Made by a program: the position numbers and the translations under genes
Shown here: positions 39,132 to 53,189 of the stretch, piece by piece
Position numbering within the stretch: position 1 is the first letter of the stretch
Layout: every line of letters begins with the position of its first letter
The notes under the pieces: model-generated
What the model was told of the DNA's origin: nothing
The model's database searches: none
Seen by the model: only the letters and a program-made list of their open reading frames with translations
NCBI GenBank assembly: GCA_951406725.2
Contig: OX597823.1
Coordinates: forward strand, 48,608,001-48,672,000
Reading direction: 5' to 3'
Length of the DNA: 64,000 bases
From: Octopus vulgaris
Taxonomy: Eukaryota

Positions 39132-39372
39132 CAGTGGTTTTCCACCATTTTTTTTTTTTTTTTGCCTATGGACTCTTTTGATTCCTATCTTACTCTACTG
39201 GACACCCACTAGCTACTCAAAATATCTTTTTTAATCCTATTATATTTTTATTATCTAATATCATTAGAAAATAGTATAAAAATAATTATTAAAGTATTAT
39301 GTGTTTTGTAGAAGCATAACTAATTTATGGCTGATAAATTTTAACAAAATCTTATATGGACCCTGGTTGAGC
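39132..39372. mobile_element. hAT-like MITE, same family as 18607, right end eroded
   Basis: cagtggttttccacc start and internal similarity to 18607-18868. Confidence 0.6.
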
Positions 39373-39531
39373 TTAAAAGAAGAAGAAAAAAGAAACGAAA
39401 AAAAATCAAAAAATGAGAATATGCTCCAAGACATTTTTTGGCAGTAAATAAAAGAAATCTACACTTGAGATTATATTTAGTCTCAAGATTACAACAGAAA
39501 AAAACTTTTTAATTTATTTTCTTGCATACTT

Positions 39532-39588
<57 letters not shown>

Positions 39589-40307
39589 AAGGCAGCAAGC
39601 TGGCAGAATCGTTAACATGCCAGGCAAAATGCATAGGGGCATTTCATCCATCTTCATATACTGAGTTCAAATTCCACCAAGGTTGACTTTACCTTTCATC
39701 CTTTTGAGGTAGATATAATAAGCACCAGTGAAACATTAGGGTTGATGTAATCAACTGATCCCCTCCCCCAAAATTCCAGGCCTTGTGCCTAAAGTAGAAA
39801 GGATTATTATTATTATTATTACTATTATTATTATCATATATCTGGATTTTGCTTTGTATAAGTTGACTCCAAGTCTCATTCAGAGACTTCAATAGACAAC
39901 AAGTTAAAGTTCAAGATAGTGTTATAACTATGGTGCCATATTTTTGGTTTTGCACAGACTATTGTTCTAGAGAATGTCTGTCAAAACATAAGAAAATTAG
40001 ATGATTGTTTTAAAAGTAATTTGATAATAAGATGATAGTGCAATCTTAAGATGACCATAAAAGGTGTTTGCTTATTATTATCATTACCATAAAGGCAGCA
40101 AGCTAGCAGAATCATTAACATGCGAGGCAAGTAGTTTAGCAGCATTTCATCCATCTTTATATTCTGAGTTCAAACTCTGTCATGGTTGACTTTGCCTTTC
40201 GTCCTTTCAGGGTCGATAAATTAAGTACCAGTGAAACAACAGGATCAATGTAATCAACTAATTCCGTCCCATCAAATTTCAGGCTTTGTGCCTATAGTAG
40301 AAAGGAT
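39589..40307 (+). mobile_element. Two SINE family A copies (39589-39805, 40092-40307) with (ATT)n flanks
   Basis: aggcagcaagct...cagaatc head and the conserved core in both copies. Confidence 0.8.
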
Positions 40308-43300
40308 TTTTATTATTATCATTTCATTATATGTAAATCCCCACAATTTGTGTCTTCCTTTGTACTGTCCCCTTCATCAGCACTGGTGGTAAATAAATGA
40401 AATCATTATTATTGTGTAATTATTATCATTATTATTATTATCATCATTATTACAGTTAAATTAAAATACTTAATGTAGGATAACTCGAACAAACACCAGT
40501 ACAGTCAAAACAATATTCTGTGATCATTATTACAGTCAGGTATAAATTATTGGAGTAAATTTCTTCAGGACAGGATTGTATATCTGAGGTGCATGCTCGA
40601 CCGGAGGTTACTTTTTCACAGTTTTGAGAAGTTCTCAACAGCGAGTATTCTTTCGCTGTCTTCTAGATCGCTTAATTTGATCAGAATCTGCTGACTGGTT
40701 AACTTCACTGGAATCCAGATTTTCTGCAGACATACTGCAGCTGCTTTTTGTATTGATATTGCCCTTGTAATCAGACATTGTAATGGGCATATTGTCTGAT
40801 GCTTCTCTCAACAATATTATCATTATCTTGATTACCCATTATCCAAAACTATATTTTTATGATAGTTAAAACAAATGTTTCTCATTTTCCTATTTAACCT
40901 GAATTCATAAACAAGTTTTACTTTATTATTTATAACCCAGAGAGAACTTTTAATCTAGCAAGATACTTTTTACTATTAATAATATTAAATGCTTGCTAAT
41001 CCAATTCTTTCAACTTGCTCTCATTCTATTTTAAATGCTAAATGAGTTTTCTTTACACAAAATGCCTATATGTTTTCCAACCCTGTTTTCAATTACCTAA
41101 ACTCAGATTGAACCTGCAGAGAATTACTTTCAAATAGCACATTTTTCAAATGTAAAGATTAGTAATAATCATATGATGACACAAGCTGAATACAAGTGAC
41201 ATTTTAGTTTGAGAAAAAGACACACAGAAACACAAACACACACACAAAGGTAGAAAAAACATCTCTTAAGCAGTAGGTGATATCTTACATCAATATATAT
41301 TGTAATTTGACAGCTATAAACCTCCAAAAAGTTTAGTCTTGATATATCCAGAACGAACTTATAGGATACAATAAAACAGCATATAAATCTATTTTAAAGT
41401 CAGTTACAACATTAAAATCAAAGATATGATTGTGAGGGAACCAAGTCTGAATTTATTTCAATTAGAATAGTTTTAATTCAATTTTATTTCATAAACTGTC
41501 AGCTTCTTATTTATATAAATACAAAAGTTGATACACGGAAATATTGACTCAGATGCTAAAAATTTCAAACATTTTTATAAAAACAAAAATATAAATTAAG
41601 CTATTAAACTGATTAAAAACTGCAAAATGAAAAGCGTAAAATTTTAAACAAATTTTCTTATTTGATTTTCATTTATCTCTGGTCATTAATATGAAGTATA
41701 AAACATGAAAATATTGCAACATGTTATCTCTCATCTTTTGAAATAAAACATTTTTATAAAAGTAACTTCTTGAAAATTTCTAGTGATAAATTATAAATAA
41801 AATGTTTTAGATTTATCTTCCTTCTAATCAGATCAAAATTTTGCATATTTCATCTATCTAAGAGATAGAAATGAATTTAGGAAATAAGATACTGAGTCGG
41901 TTCCAAAGAAAATTATTTCAAACAATGGAACTATTTTGATGTTGGCATGATTATTTTACCTATAAAACAAGCGATTTACTAGAAAAAGAAGTCATTTCAG
42001 TCATATCTCATAAATGATAATGATAAATTTCTGCAAACGTAACTTGGGTAAAACTATTAATAAGAATAATAATAAAAAAATCTTTAAAAACTTAATAATT
42101 GTAATAATCGATTTTATAAAGAAAGTAAAGAAACTACAAAGTTACAAAAAAAAAAAAAGTGAAGTAATATCAGTAAGTATTCTTAAAGTAACATATAATT
42201 AAATGGAAAGACTGAAACATTGTTATCAAAAAACTTTAATATCCATTTGTCATTTGAAAATTGACTGCAGATTTTCTTTTCGTCTTTTCTTTATTTCTTT
42301 TTATAATCTGATTAATCAAGTAGTTTTAGTTTATCAAGTAAATTTAAGAACTTGTATTTATTAAATGACTACAAGAAAAATATGAAGAAAGATGGTTGCT
42401 TTATATAATTGAAAATAAACTGTTTGAATCTTCTAATTACATATTTGAAAAATTTTCAAACATATACCCATTGCTATGAAGCTATCTTATAACTGCTACT
42501 TGTGGTAAAAACTAACATTTCAAAATGATGAGTAGACTTATTTCAAAATTTATTCTGGTGCTCACATGTATCATATTTTTCAGGGAAATGGGAATTATAT
42601 TCCTAAGTAGTAAAATATAGCTATTGAGAATTTATTGATAAAGGCTAATTCATAAGTAGTCTAAATTTACAGATTTAAGTGCAAATTCTGAAATGGTTCA
42701 ATAAATTTTAACTAAATATAAAGACCACCCAAATGGAACATTCAAATGTTCCTTCAAAATGAAACTAGAACAGGCATGTAATTTCAGTACAACTGACATT
42801 GCAGTATACTATTTAAAGCTAATGATTGGTTTTAAATGCGTATACAAGAAAAATATTTCAAATAATTCACTTTCATGCAGGAAATAATGCACATTATCAT
42901 CAGCATTTTTATACCCACTTTTTCTGTGTTGGCATAGATTGGATAAGATTTATTGAGACAGTGTTCTAAAACCAGATGCCTTTCCTGTCTACAACTCTTA
43001 TTGGCTTTGAAGTAAGGTAATTTTATTCAGTTACTCTGTACACATCAAAACTACTGAAATTGCTGATCTATGACATGTTTTGCTTATCACAGATATAAAC
43101 AAGTGTCACCGTTTTGGTTCAGACAGTGTCAGTGTGAAGACACACTGAAGCAAATACCTGTACACACATATATATCAGATACATATATACATACACAACA
43201 GGCTTTCAAACAACTTTCATTTACCAATTTTTTTACTGACAAGGCCTAAGTAGAAAACACTTGCCTAAAGTGACATGCACTAAGATGGAACCCAAAACTA

Positions 43301-43504
43301 AGAAAGTGTATGGTTACAAAGTTAACTTTGTAGCCATATAGATATGCCTGCATCCATTCTATATACATAAATCCTCTACAAAATCAACACTTAAAAGTGA
43401 AGAATGGATGTAACAAGATTTTTGAGATACTTAGCATGTAAGCATCTATATTAAAGAAACTTTAATTCAAAAAAACTTATGTAAGCATATCAACCCTTTC
43501 ATTA

Positions 43505-43789
43505 TCACGTTGCCAGTGCCGCTGGACTGGCTCCTGTGCAGGTGGCACATAAAAAGCACCATTTGAGCATGGCCGTTGCCAGTACCACCTGACTGGCCCT
43601 CATGCCGGTGGCACATGAAAGCACCCACTACACTCTCAGAGTGGTTGACATTAGGAAGGGCATTCAGCTGTAGAAACTCTGCCAAATCAGATTGGAGTCT
43701 GGTGCAGCCATCTGGTTCACCAGACCCCAGTCAAATTGTCCAACCCATGCTAGCATGGAAAGCAGACGTTAAACAATGATGATGATGAT
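43505..43789 (+). mobile_element. Family F element with (GAT)n tail
   Basis: cattaggaagggcattcagctgtagaaac...agcagacgttaaacaatgatgatgatg. Confidence 0.75.
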
Positions 43790-43999
43790 ACACAATGCAT
43801 CTGTTTCAGATAATTTTTTTAAATAATCAATAATTGGAGGCATTTAGTACAATTAATGACTTCCATTATTAAGGTGGTGTTTGGAACATAACAGAAGAAT
43901 CATACATAAAACTATGGTAAATGGTTTTAAATTTGTATCATTGACCCAGAGGATAGTATCAGGCATGTAGGTTTTAGATTTCTTTTTAGTCATTTATTC

Positions 44000-44226
44000 T
44001 ATCCTTTAGCATTTAGATGACTCTGTAAAATGTAATGCTTCTTCATCCACACTGTTTTGAATTAATCATCCATTAACTTGTAGATCCAAGATTTCAATGA
44101 TGCAATTGTTTATTTTTAGGACAACATCATGGGATAGGTGTGAGAAACTAAATTTAGTCAGTTTTAGCATAGAACAAGCAGAATATCTAAGCCAGACATG
44201 GCTAGTTTTAATAGTAAAATGTTAAT
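44000..44226. mobile_element. piggyBac-like MITE family copy
   Basis: cctttagcatttagatgactctg...ggataggtgtgaga...gttaa, colinear with the 2053, 7219 and 16903 copies. Confidence 0.55.
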
Positions 44227-45669
44227 TATTCCTTCTAAATGGATCTCGTTTGAATTTCATTAAACAAAGAAAAGTGAACACAAGACTTGTTACAGTTGAT
44301 GAAAATCCAAACAATTGAAAAAATAAGTACATTTGTCAGTTGAACTATTTTCTGAGAATAGAAGAATTAAGGATGTTTAAATATGTATTGATACCAAAGA
44401 ATTTTATTTAATTCAACAATATATGAAATATAGCTATAATGAAATAGATAACGTTTAAAGTTAGTTGTGTTGTTGTTTAGCCCCAGGGCAGTTCCAATAT
44501 TACAAATTTTGGATAAAAGACATTTTGGCAATGATCATCCTGTCTTTTTATATCTCAAATACTGTATTATCTAATGTATCCATTAGAAAATACAGAACCA
44601 GCATGTCAAGCAATTAAATAGAAGCTCCCTTGATTCATAATAACAAATAAAAGATGCCATGTCAAATATATATTTTGAAGGGAATGGTTTGCTAAAAGGA
44701 TGTAAATTAACCATGTATCAAATTTATGTTGTATGTATGCTTATATCAGAATTTCTTAAGTAAGCCATTATTTATATGGATAATTGTAACATGAGGGTTT
44801 GTGTAGTAGGATATATTTCAAGTGTAGTCTGTCAAGAGAGATTTTCATCAATTACTATAAAAATCAAGAGTTTGTTGCCTGCTAGATAAAGGGATTTGAT
44901 ATTTTACTACTATTAATAATATACTTAATAGGTTTCCACTATCAGTCTATGCAAATCCTATGTGTAACATAATCCTTCAGTGACAAGACTTAATACATTA
45001 TAATTTCCCTATTGACAATTGATATCTTCAAGTATATTTTAATAAAAAAGAAATAAGTAGATAAGTTATTCACTAAATTTTCTGACCGATAAAATATTAA
45101 ATACAATTTTCTTCTTAGCTTACTTTAATTACAAGGTGATAATAGATATGCAGAATTTTCTAAATAATTTTATATTCTCTTTCATGCCAAAATGAATGTA
45201 TTTTATTTTTTTTACTGTTAAGTGTCATTAACTAAAATTTCATAAATTAATAATGTGTTATAAGTGAATTTCTTTCATACATAAGTTCTTTAACCTAGAA
45301 AGAAAAAAAAAAACTCAAAACAATTCAATAGCTTTAATTTTATTTATTTTGAATTACTTTTCAAAATTATTTTGAAGTAAAGAATAGTGAAACATTGCAT
45401 AAATAACAAGTCGTGAATTTTCAAAACAGACTAAATGCATTTTATAAAAAAAAAATAAATTGTTTCAAATCTATCTTATATTTTAATATCCTGTCAGTCT
45501 ATATATTATTCAAGGAAATAGATAAGACTTATATATAGTGTGCTTAGTATTATTTAGATTCAGATATTTAAAAAACATATATTGCATAGTTAAAATTACA
45601 AGTTCTTTACATAAATTACTTACAGTCATTTACTATTAAAGCTCTGATGTCTGGCAATTGATTTTGTAG

Positions 45670-46045
45670 ACATCCATAAAATTATTCACAATCTTTCCAA
45701 CAACAACCTTGGGTACCTTTTTGAATTGTATATGCCTAACGCTCATGGACATACTTGCAAAATCAAAAAAAACAACACAGCACCCATGAATTTTGGAAAC
45801 ATTTTTTCACACTCAGAATTGCTGAAGCATGGAATAAACTATTTGCATCGGTTGTTAGCTGTCAGGACACTACATCCTTCAAAACTTCCACGCTTCCTGA
45901 AATTTGCCAACAGTACTCTCCTCTCCTTTCTTTTTCTTAAAATGACTCATTTACTGTTCACTTGCTGCTCACATTCTATGTACTGTTCATGCATACTGTT
46001 CTGATGGGCTGTAGTGCACTTGAGCACTGCATACAATAAGTTCAC
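45670..46045 (+). mobile_element. CR1/L2-like LINE 3' fragment
   Basis: HGHTCKI..(fs)..KHFFTLRIAEAWNKLFASVVSCQDTTSFK is a typical ORF2 C-terminus. The 3' UTR ends near caataa. Confidence 0.75.
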
Positions 46046-46060
46046 TATAAATATATATAT

Positions 46061-46378
46061 GGAGGCGCAATGGCCCAGTGGTTAGGGCAGCAGGCTCATT
46101 GTTGGAGGATTGCGGTTTCGATTCCCAGACCGGGTGTTGTGTGTGTTTATTGACCGAAAACACCTAAAGCTCCACAAAGCTCTGGCAGTCGAGGGGTGAT
46201 CCCTGTTGTACCCTTTCGCCCCAACTTTCTCTCACTCTTTCTTCCTGTTTCTTGAGTAACGCTGTGATCGACTGGTGTACCGGTCCAGCTGGGGTGAACA
46301 CATACGCCTTAGAAACCAGGAAACTGGGCCCATGAGCCTGGCAAGGCTTGAAAAGGGCGCATAAATAAATAAATAAAT
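46061..46378 (+). mobile_element. tRNA-derived SINE family C
   Basis: A box tggcccagtgg, B box ggtttcgattccc and (TAAA)n tail. Followed by a family A copy (-) at ~46385-46572. Confidence 0.8.
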
Positions 46379-47179
46379 ATATATTGTTTTCAAATTTTGG
46401 CATAAGGCCTGCAATTCGGGAGAAGTGTTCAAATGGTACTTATTTCATCGACCCCAAATGGATGAAAGACAAAGGTGACCTCAGTGGATTTTGGACTTGA
46501 AGCATAAAGATGGATGACATGTTGCTAAGCATTTTGCTTGGCATGCAAATGTTTCTACCAGTTTACTACCTTTATATATATATATACATATTATATTAGA
46601 AATGAGTCATATTTTCATGTGCAATAAAAAGTAAAATTTAATGTTTTATACACTAAAGAAATTAAAGGTACTATCTAAACCAATGATTTTCTTCACCAGA
46701 CAATATACCAACTTATTTCTCTTGGTTGCATTTAGTATTAAGTTTTGTTCTCAAAAACTTTTAACTAAGACAAACTGACTGGTCCATAATGATTTAAATA
46801 TGAAATTTTTTATGAATTAATAACTACAATGCAAACCATTGGAGGTTTACCGAGAATTCAGTAATTGTATTTCATTTTACACATAAGTTTCTGAAATTTG
46901 TTTATTCATTATTAAATGCCAAAGATTATCTATAATATTATCTGAGATTAAATTTTATTGCAAATACTGGTTTTCATAAAAACTGAGTATTTATAAAGTT
47001 AGCCAAAATATTTAATTTCTTTTCACTGAAGAAAGCTTGTAAAATTCTCATAACATGAAGTAGTGTTACCTAATTAGTAACATATGTTACTAAACACATG
47101 AAGACTGAACACATGAGGTATTTTGTCTGGTAAGAAGTTTATTTCCCAGACCACATGGTTCCAGGTTCAATCCTACTAT

Positions 47180-47688
47180 CAGTGGTGTAACTAATAAAGA
47201 GGAGCAACCCACTCCTCAATGACATTTTTCAAAATTGGTGTCTTTTCAACAATTTTTAAAACTCTATAGTTCACTTGTTTTTGTTTTTGCCAATCACATA
47301 GACATGGAAGAACTTTCTGGAGTCATTACTTTATTTGACCAACCTCCCATGTTTTTGAACTCTCTGTTCAATCTCTTGTGATATGTTGGTGGCGGCTGAC
47401 AGCTGAACAAAAACAAACCCTGACCTCATAACCTTTCAACACTGGAGAATCCTACGGAGTTTCAGCTTTTTCATGGCACACCCATATTGATGGTTCTAAG
47501 TTTCATACATAATCACATTGTTATTGAAACACAAAATTAATAAATGTAGAATGCAATTACGTATATTATAATTAATGAAATATTTCGCGTAATATAAAAA
47601 AACTTGTTAAAAATCGTTTAGTATGTGTCATGGTGTCTTTTTTTTATATGCTCCTTTCTACTAACTATAGAATCTGGCTGCGCAACTG
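47180..47688. mobile_element. Probable non-autonomous DNA transposon splitting a SINE B head
   Basis: Imperfect TIRs cagtggtgtaac / gctgcgcaactg. SINE B sequence stops at ~47179 and resumes at ~47695. No clear TSD. Confidence 0.45.
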
Positions 47689-47831
47689 TCCAGAGTGTGA
47701 TACCTAAGGAAAGTGTTTTCTACTATAGCCCTGGGCAGACCAAAGCCTCGTAAGTGGTGGTAGAGAGAAAATGAATGGTGCCCATCATATGTGGATATAC
47801 ATACATACATATATATATATATATACATATT

Positions 47832-48180
47832 GTTATATTTCAGGATGGTAATTTTTTTTGGTGGGGTGGCCAAATAAATACACACGCTTTATATTTGTTC
47901 TTCACTCATTTATTACTGTTCTTATTTCAACTGATGTTCATTGTCTGGAAACCTTTCATCACGCATCTGCGACATCTTCAGCGACACTTTCCATCTTCAT
48001 GTTCCCTCCAGTTCCACTTAGTCCATTCTCTGAAGAGATCACAGATGTGTGATGAAAGATTTCTGGGCAATGGACATCAGTTGAAAAAAGAACAGTAACA
48101 AACGAGTGAAGAACAGATATATAGTGTGTGTGTGTTTATTTGGCAAAAAGTTTTTAAAAATAACCATCCTGAAATATAAC
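47832..48180. mobile_element. Foldback element with hammerhead-like cores on both arms
   Basis: Minus strand 47942-47986: TGTCG-CTGAAGA-TGTCGCAGATGCGTGAT-GAAA-GGT-TTC-CAGACA. Plus strand 48030-48063: CTGAAGA-GATCACA GATG TGTGAT-GAAA-GAT-TTC. Confidence 0.8.
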
Positions 48181-48271
48181 TATATCTGTTTCAACACATG
48201 GTTTCACAGGAATTTTGCAAATCAAATTCATAAACATGTATGTGTGTGTGTGTATATATATATATATATGG

Positions 48272-48590
48272 TGAGGGCGCGTGGCTTAGTGGTTAGGGCA
48301 TTCGGCTCATGATCGTAAGGTTGTGAGTTCGATTCCCGGCGACGCGTTGTGTCCTTGAGCAAGACACTTTATTTCACGTTGCTCCAGTCCACTCAGCTGG
48401 CAAAAATGAGTTGTACTTGTATTTCAAAGGGTCAGCCTTGTCACTCTCTGTGTCACGCTGATTATCCCCGAGAACTACGTTAAGGGTACACGTGTCTGTG
48501 GAATGCTCAGCCATTTGCACGTTAATTTCACGAGCAAGCTGTTCCGTTGATCGTATCAGCTGGGACCCTCGTCGTCGTAACCGGCGGAGT

Positions 48591-48592
<2 letters not shown>
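48272..48592 (+). mobile_element. tRNA-derived SINE family D, young copy
   Basis: A box tggcttagtgg, B box gagttcgattccc, then gtgtccttgagcaagacact. CpG-rich, with TA flanks. Confidence 0.85.
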
Positions 48593-48663
<71 letters not shown>

Positions 48664-48807
48664 CATATGTAAATAACAAATGAAAGACAGAAGATGGAAT
48701 ATACGAGAATATATTATTTATCACAACAATTATTTCAATACATCTATTATCAACCCCTCTTGTGGGACACACAAAAACATATATATACATACACATACAC
48801 ACACACG

Positions 48808-48850
<43 letters not shown>

Positions 48851-48940
48851 TTTATATATATACACATATATAATACATTTTGTAATAGTTTTCTAGCTGT
48901 ATAAGGCCACTACCACCTTCGATATATTGTATATATATAT

Positions 48941-49172
48941 GTTTCTTTACTACCCACAAGGGGCTAAACACATAGGGGACAAACAAGGACAGACAAACGG
49001 ATCAAGTCGATTACATCGACCCCAGTGCATAACTGGTACTTAATTTATCGTCCCCGAAAGGATGAAAGGCAAAGTCGACCTCGGCGGAATTTGAACTCAG
49101 AACGTAACGGCAAACGAAATAAGGCTACGCATTTTGGCCGGCGTGCTAACGTTTCTGCCAGCTCGCCACCTT
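48941..49172 (-). mobile_element. SINE family A, young copy
   Basis: Near-identical to 9388-9610. Confidence 0.85.
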
Positions 49173-49289
49173 GTATATATAGCCTTTCTATGTCAGATGT
49201 TGAGTGATGCATCCTAAATCCTTCCTCCTCCTCCTGTTGTTGTTGTTGTTGTTATTATTATTATTATCATTATTTTATTATTATTGAGA

Positions 49290-51095
49290 AGATGATGAGC
49301 TGGCAGAATCCTTAGTGCATTAGACAAAATGTTTAGTGGCATTTCTTTTGTCTATTTATATGCTGAGTTCAAACTCAACCAAGATCTGTCTTTCACCATT
49401 TTTGGGGTTCAGTAAATTAAAGACCAGTCATGTACTGAGTTTGATGTAACTGACTTTCCCCGCTTCCCTCAAAATTGCTGGCCTGTGCCAGAATTAGAAA
49501 AAAAATCATCATCATTATCATCATCAATCATTATCATCATCAATCATTATCATCATCATCATCATTATCATTTTTTTAAAAACTTAGATTTTGTTGGAAA
49601 TCCAGGAGTTTTGCATGTGCAGTGGGCTTGCTACCTGTAGTCTGCAGTACCATTCTCTATGTTCTTTTCAACTACCTAATACTTTACCGATTATTCTGGC
49701 TGTGTCAAGGAAGCTTTACTGGGCACTCTATTCTGATTTCCTTTATATTCAACTTAATGCCTTTTGATACTGTCTCTAGGGACTCATAAATAATTGGCAC
49801 TATCTTCACCTTGTTCATTTTTCAAAGTCGGGCTAGTTCATACATGAGAAGATTGTATATGTCTATTTATTATTATTATTGTTATCATCATCATTATTAT
49901 AATTATTATTATTATTATTCCACCGTCGTTGACTTTACCTTTTAGTTTTTTGGGGTCGATTAAGTATCAATTACGCACTAGGGTAAATGAAATCAACTTA
50001 ATCCCTTCCTCCAAATTTGAGGCCTTGTGCTTCCTGCAGAATCATTAGCACACTGGACAAGATGCTTAGCAGTATTTTGCACATTCCTATGTTCAGAGTT
50101 CAAATTCCGCCAGGGTCAACTTTGCTTTCATCCTTTCGGGGTAAATAAATTAAGTATCAGTCAATTACTGGAGTCGATTACATCGACTTTCCCCTCCTCC
50201 AAAATTTCAGGCCCTTGTGCTTATAGTAGAAAGGATTATTATTATTATTATTATTCCTTCATAACACAGTGTAGGTAAAAATGCATCGGAGTCTTTAGTC
50301 ATCTGTCGAGTCACAAGGACCTCAGACAGATAATACTTTATTTTATTATTATTATTATTTGAGCTGGAAAAATCATTAGCATGCTGAACAAAATGCTTAG
50401 TGGCATTTCATCTGTCTTTACATTCTGAGTTTTAAAAAAAATTCTGTTGAGGTTGAGTTTGCCTTTTATCCTTTCAATGTCAATGAAATAAGTACCAGTT
50501 ACCTACTAGGGTTGATATAATCGACTAGCCCTTCCCTCAAAATTTTAGGCCTTGTGGCTTTAGTAGGAAGGGTTATCATCATCATCATCATTATTATTAT
50601 TATTATTGTTATTATTTAGGTAGCAAGCTGGTAGAATTGTTAGCATGCTGGATGAAATGCTTAGCAGTATTTCGCCAGTTGTTGTGTACTACGTTCAAAT
50701 TTCACCGAGGTTGACTTTGCCTTGCATCATTTTGGAGTTGAGAATATGAGTACCAGTTGAGCATTGGGGTCAATGTAATTGACTATCCCCCCACCCACAC
50801 ACAAACAAATTTCAGACCTTGTGTCAATAGTAGAAAGGATTATTATTATTATTACTACTACTACTACTACTACTGCAACTAAGGTGGTGAGCTGGCAGAA
50901 TCATTAGAATGCTGCATGAAATGCTTAGCAGTATTTTGCTCATCACCATGTACCAAGTTCAAATTCCGCTAAGGTCAACTTTGCTTTTCATCTTTTTGGG
51001 ATCAATTCAATAAGTACCAGTTACGCAATGGGGTTGATGTAATCAACTTAATCCCTTCCCCCAAAGCTGAGGCCTTGTGCTTCCAATAGAAAGAA
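49290..51095 (+). mobile_element. Head-to-tail cluster of ~6 SINE family A copies separated by (ATT)/(ATC)n
   Basis: Units at approximately 49290-49500, 49921-50027 (partial), 50035-50237, 50360-50573, 50618-50840 and 50882-51095. Confidence 0.8.
49580..49870 (-). mobile_element. 3' fragment of an RLE-type (R4/Dong/NeSL-like) non-LTR retrotransposon
   Basis: IDIYNLLMYELARL*KMNKVKIVPIIYESLETV...LDTARIIGKVL resembles the KY..L..E..RLW...VVPIIIGALG...GTARILRKVL C-terminus. Confidence 0.6.
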
Positions 51096-52588
51096 TTATT
51101 ATTATTGTCCTCATTATTATCTACTTTGTAAACACATGGTTTTCTAATCTACATTCTGCCTTGGACTTTCAACTCAAGCTGTTCAGTCTCTTTGATAACA
51201 TTTACTTAATTCATTAGATTGAGTATCTGATTTACAAACTGAGCTGTGAAAACCAAGCTCTAGAGAAGTTTTGCTTGAGACTCAAACTTCTTTCCATAAC
51301 CATATTTCTAACTTTTGACTGGGTCAATTGCTCACAACAGAGCATGTATTGAGGTGTTTCACAAAGGCATGTTCTGTTATAGTATCACTTCCTTGTCCTA
51401 TTTTACAGATACAAAGCACTCACATTTCAGCTACTTGGTGTAAAAAGCTGATGTTATATTACCACGATCAGTTGTTCTCTTTCAATAAAATATATTGCAA
51501 TAAAGAGAAGGCATGCTTCTTTAGTCAAAACTCTGACCTGATAAATCAAACACCTGGAAATTGTGGCAATTGACCCAATTCATGTTTAGCTCCAAATATC
51601 TTGGGTCTACTTTCCTTGTTAAAACTGCAACCATGGTCTGGTAAACCGTGGTCTGGTAAACTGATTATCAACTGCAAGCAAGATTGAACCGAACTGCTGT
51701 CTGCCTTGATCAAACCTGACAGTAGGCCTAACATCATATGATTATAGATGAATATATTTGTAAAGTATGATACATCCTTGTACACACACACACACACACA
51801 CACGATAAGCTTCTTTCAATTTTCATCCACCAAATTCACTTGCAAAGCTTTGGTCAACCTGAGGTTATAGCAGAAGACGCTTGTATTAGACAGTGAGACT
51901 GGACCTGAAATCATGTAGTAGGAAAGCAAGCTTCTTACCACAGAATTACACCTGCACACACGTACACACACATACACACACACACACACTCACACATAAG
52001 TTTCTTTCAGTTTCTGTCTACCAAATCCATTTGCCCAAGCAAGTAAGATTCTTAACCACACAGCCACACCTACACCTATATATGTATGTGAGTGTATATG
52101 AACACATGCACACACATTCATACACTCACACATTCATACACTCACACACACACACACACACATATGTATGAATGTATTTCGGAGAGCATTCAATATTTTA
52201 TGTTGAGTGAATACATTTATTATAATATAATAGTTATATATTACTTTTTTCCCACATTTTCCTGTTGAGTTGTACATTATTCACACAGATATGATTTGAT
52301 TGAAGTTCTCTTCTCAAATAGTAGCTATATTTAAGGTTTTTTAGGTAAAAATATAAGTTCATTTAGATTTGAAACCTGCGTGTTATGGAGAAGTTTTTAT
52401 GTTAAATAACCTTAAGATCTCAAGATTTTTAATAAGAGCTATGAAATGTTCACAAAATGCGGATGTGTTCCTAATTTTAATTAACTCTTTTATTACTATA
52501 TTTTTGTTGAAATACACTGCCTTTAATTCACTTCATTTTGAAAATAAAGAAGATTGTAGTGAAATAACTTTCCTTTTTAAGCTGGTAT

Positions 52589-52803
52589 AAGGCAGCAAGC
52601 TGGCAGAGTTGTTAGCATATGGAGCATAATTTAGCAGTATTTCATCTGTCTTTACATTCTGAGTTCAAATTCTGGTGCGGTCAACTTTGCCTTCCACCCT
52701 TTTGGGGTCAATGAAATAAGTACCAGTTGATCACTGGGGCTCGATGTAATCCACTAGGCCCCTCCCTGAAATTGCTGGTTTTGTGCCAACATTTGAAACC
52801 ATT
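52589..52803 (+). mobile_element. SINE family A copy
   Basis: Head and core match the family. Flanked by the taagctggt direct repeat. Confidence 0.75.
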
Positions 52804-53189
52804 CTTAAGCTGGTTATTTCAAACATAAATTAAAATGAAATTTTGATGGACAGTTTGAATTTAAGTCACTTTGAAACAAGAAGTTTGTACCATACAACCA
52901 GGAGTGGTTTTAGATTGGTTGGTATGAAAAGTGTTAAACAACAAAACTTGATTAACCAGGCTGAGGAGATTGATGCAAATGATGTGCAGTTCAAATTTTT
53001 TCTGATTGATGTTTATAGAAAAAAACTCAGAAGGGAGACGATTATAGTGAGCTATGATTTGGGGAAGAAAATTGTAGAAAGAAAAGATCAGAGTCATGTG
53101 ATATGAGACTTTCCAGTTTATAGTCTTGAGTTCACATTAACTTCAAATAATTTGTTGTTTTCTGACATTTTTTTAATCACCTTTTCTTT

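Noticed and set aside
46061-46135. tRNA-like sequences here and at 48272-48345
   Set aside because: A and B boxes are present but there is no complete cloverleaf or acceptor stem, and they run into SINE bodies and tails.
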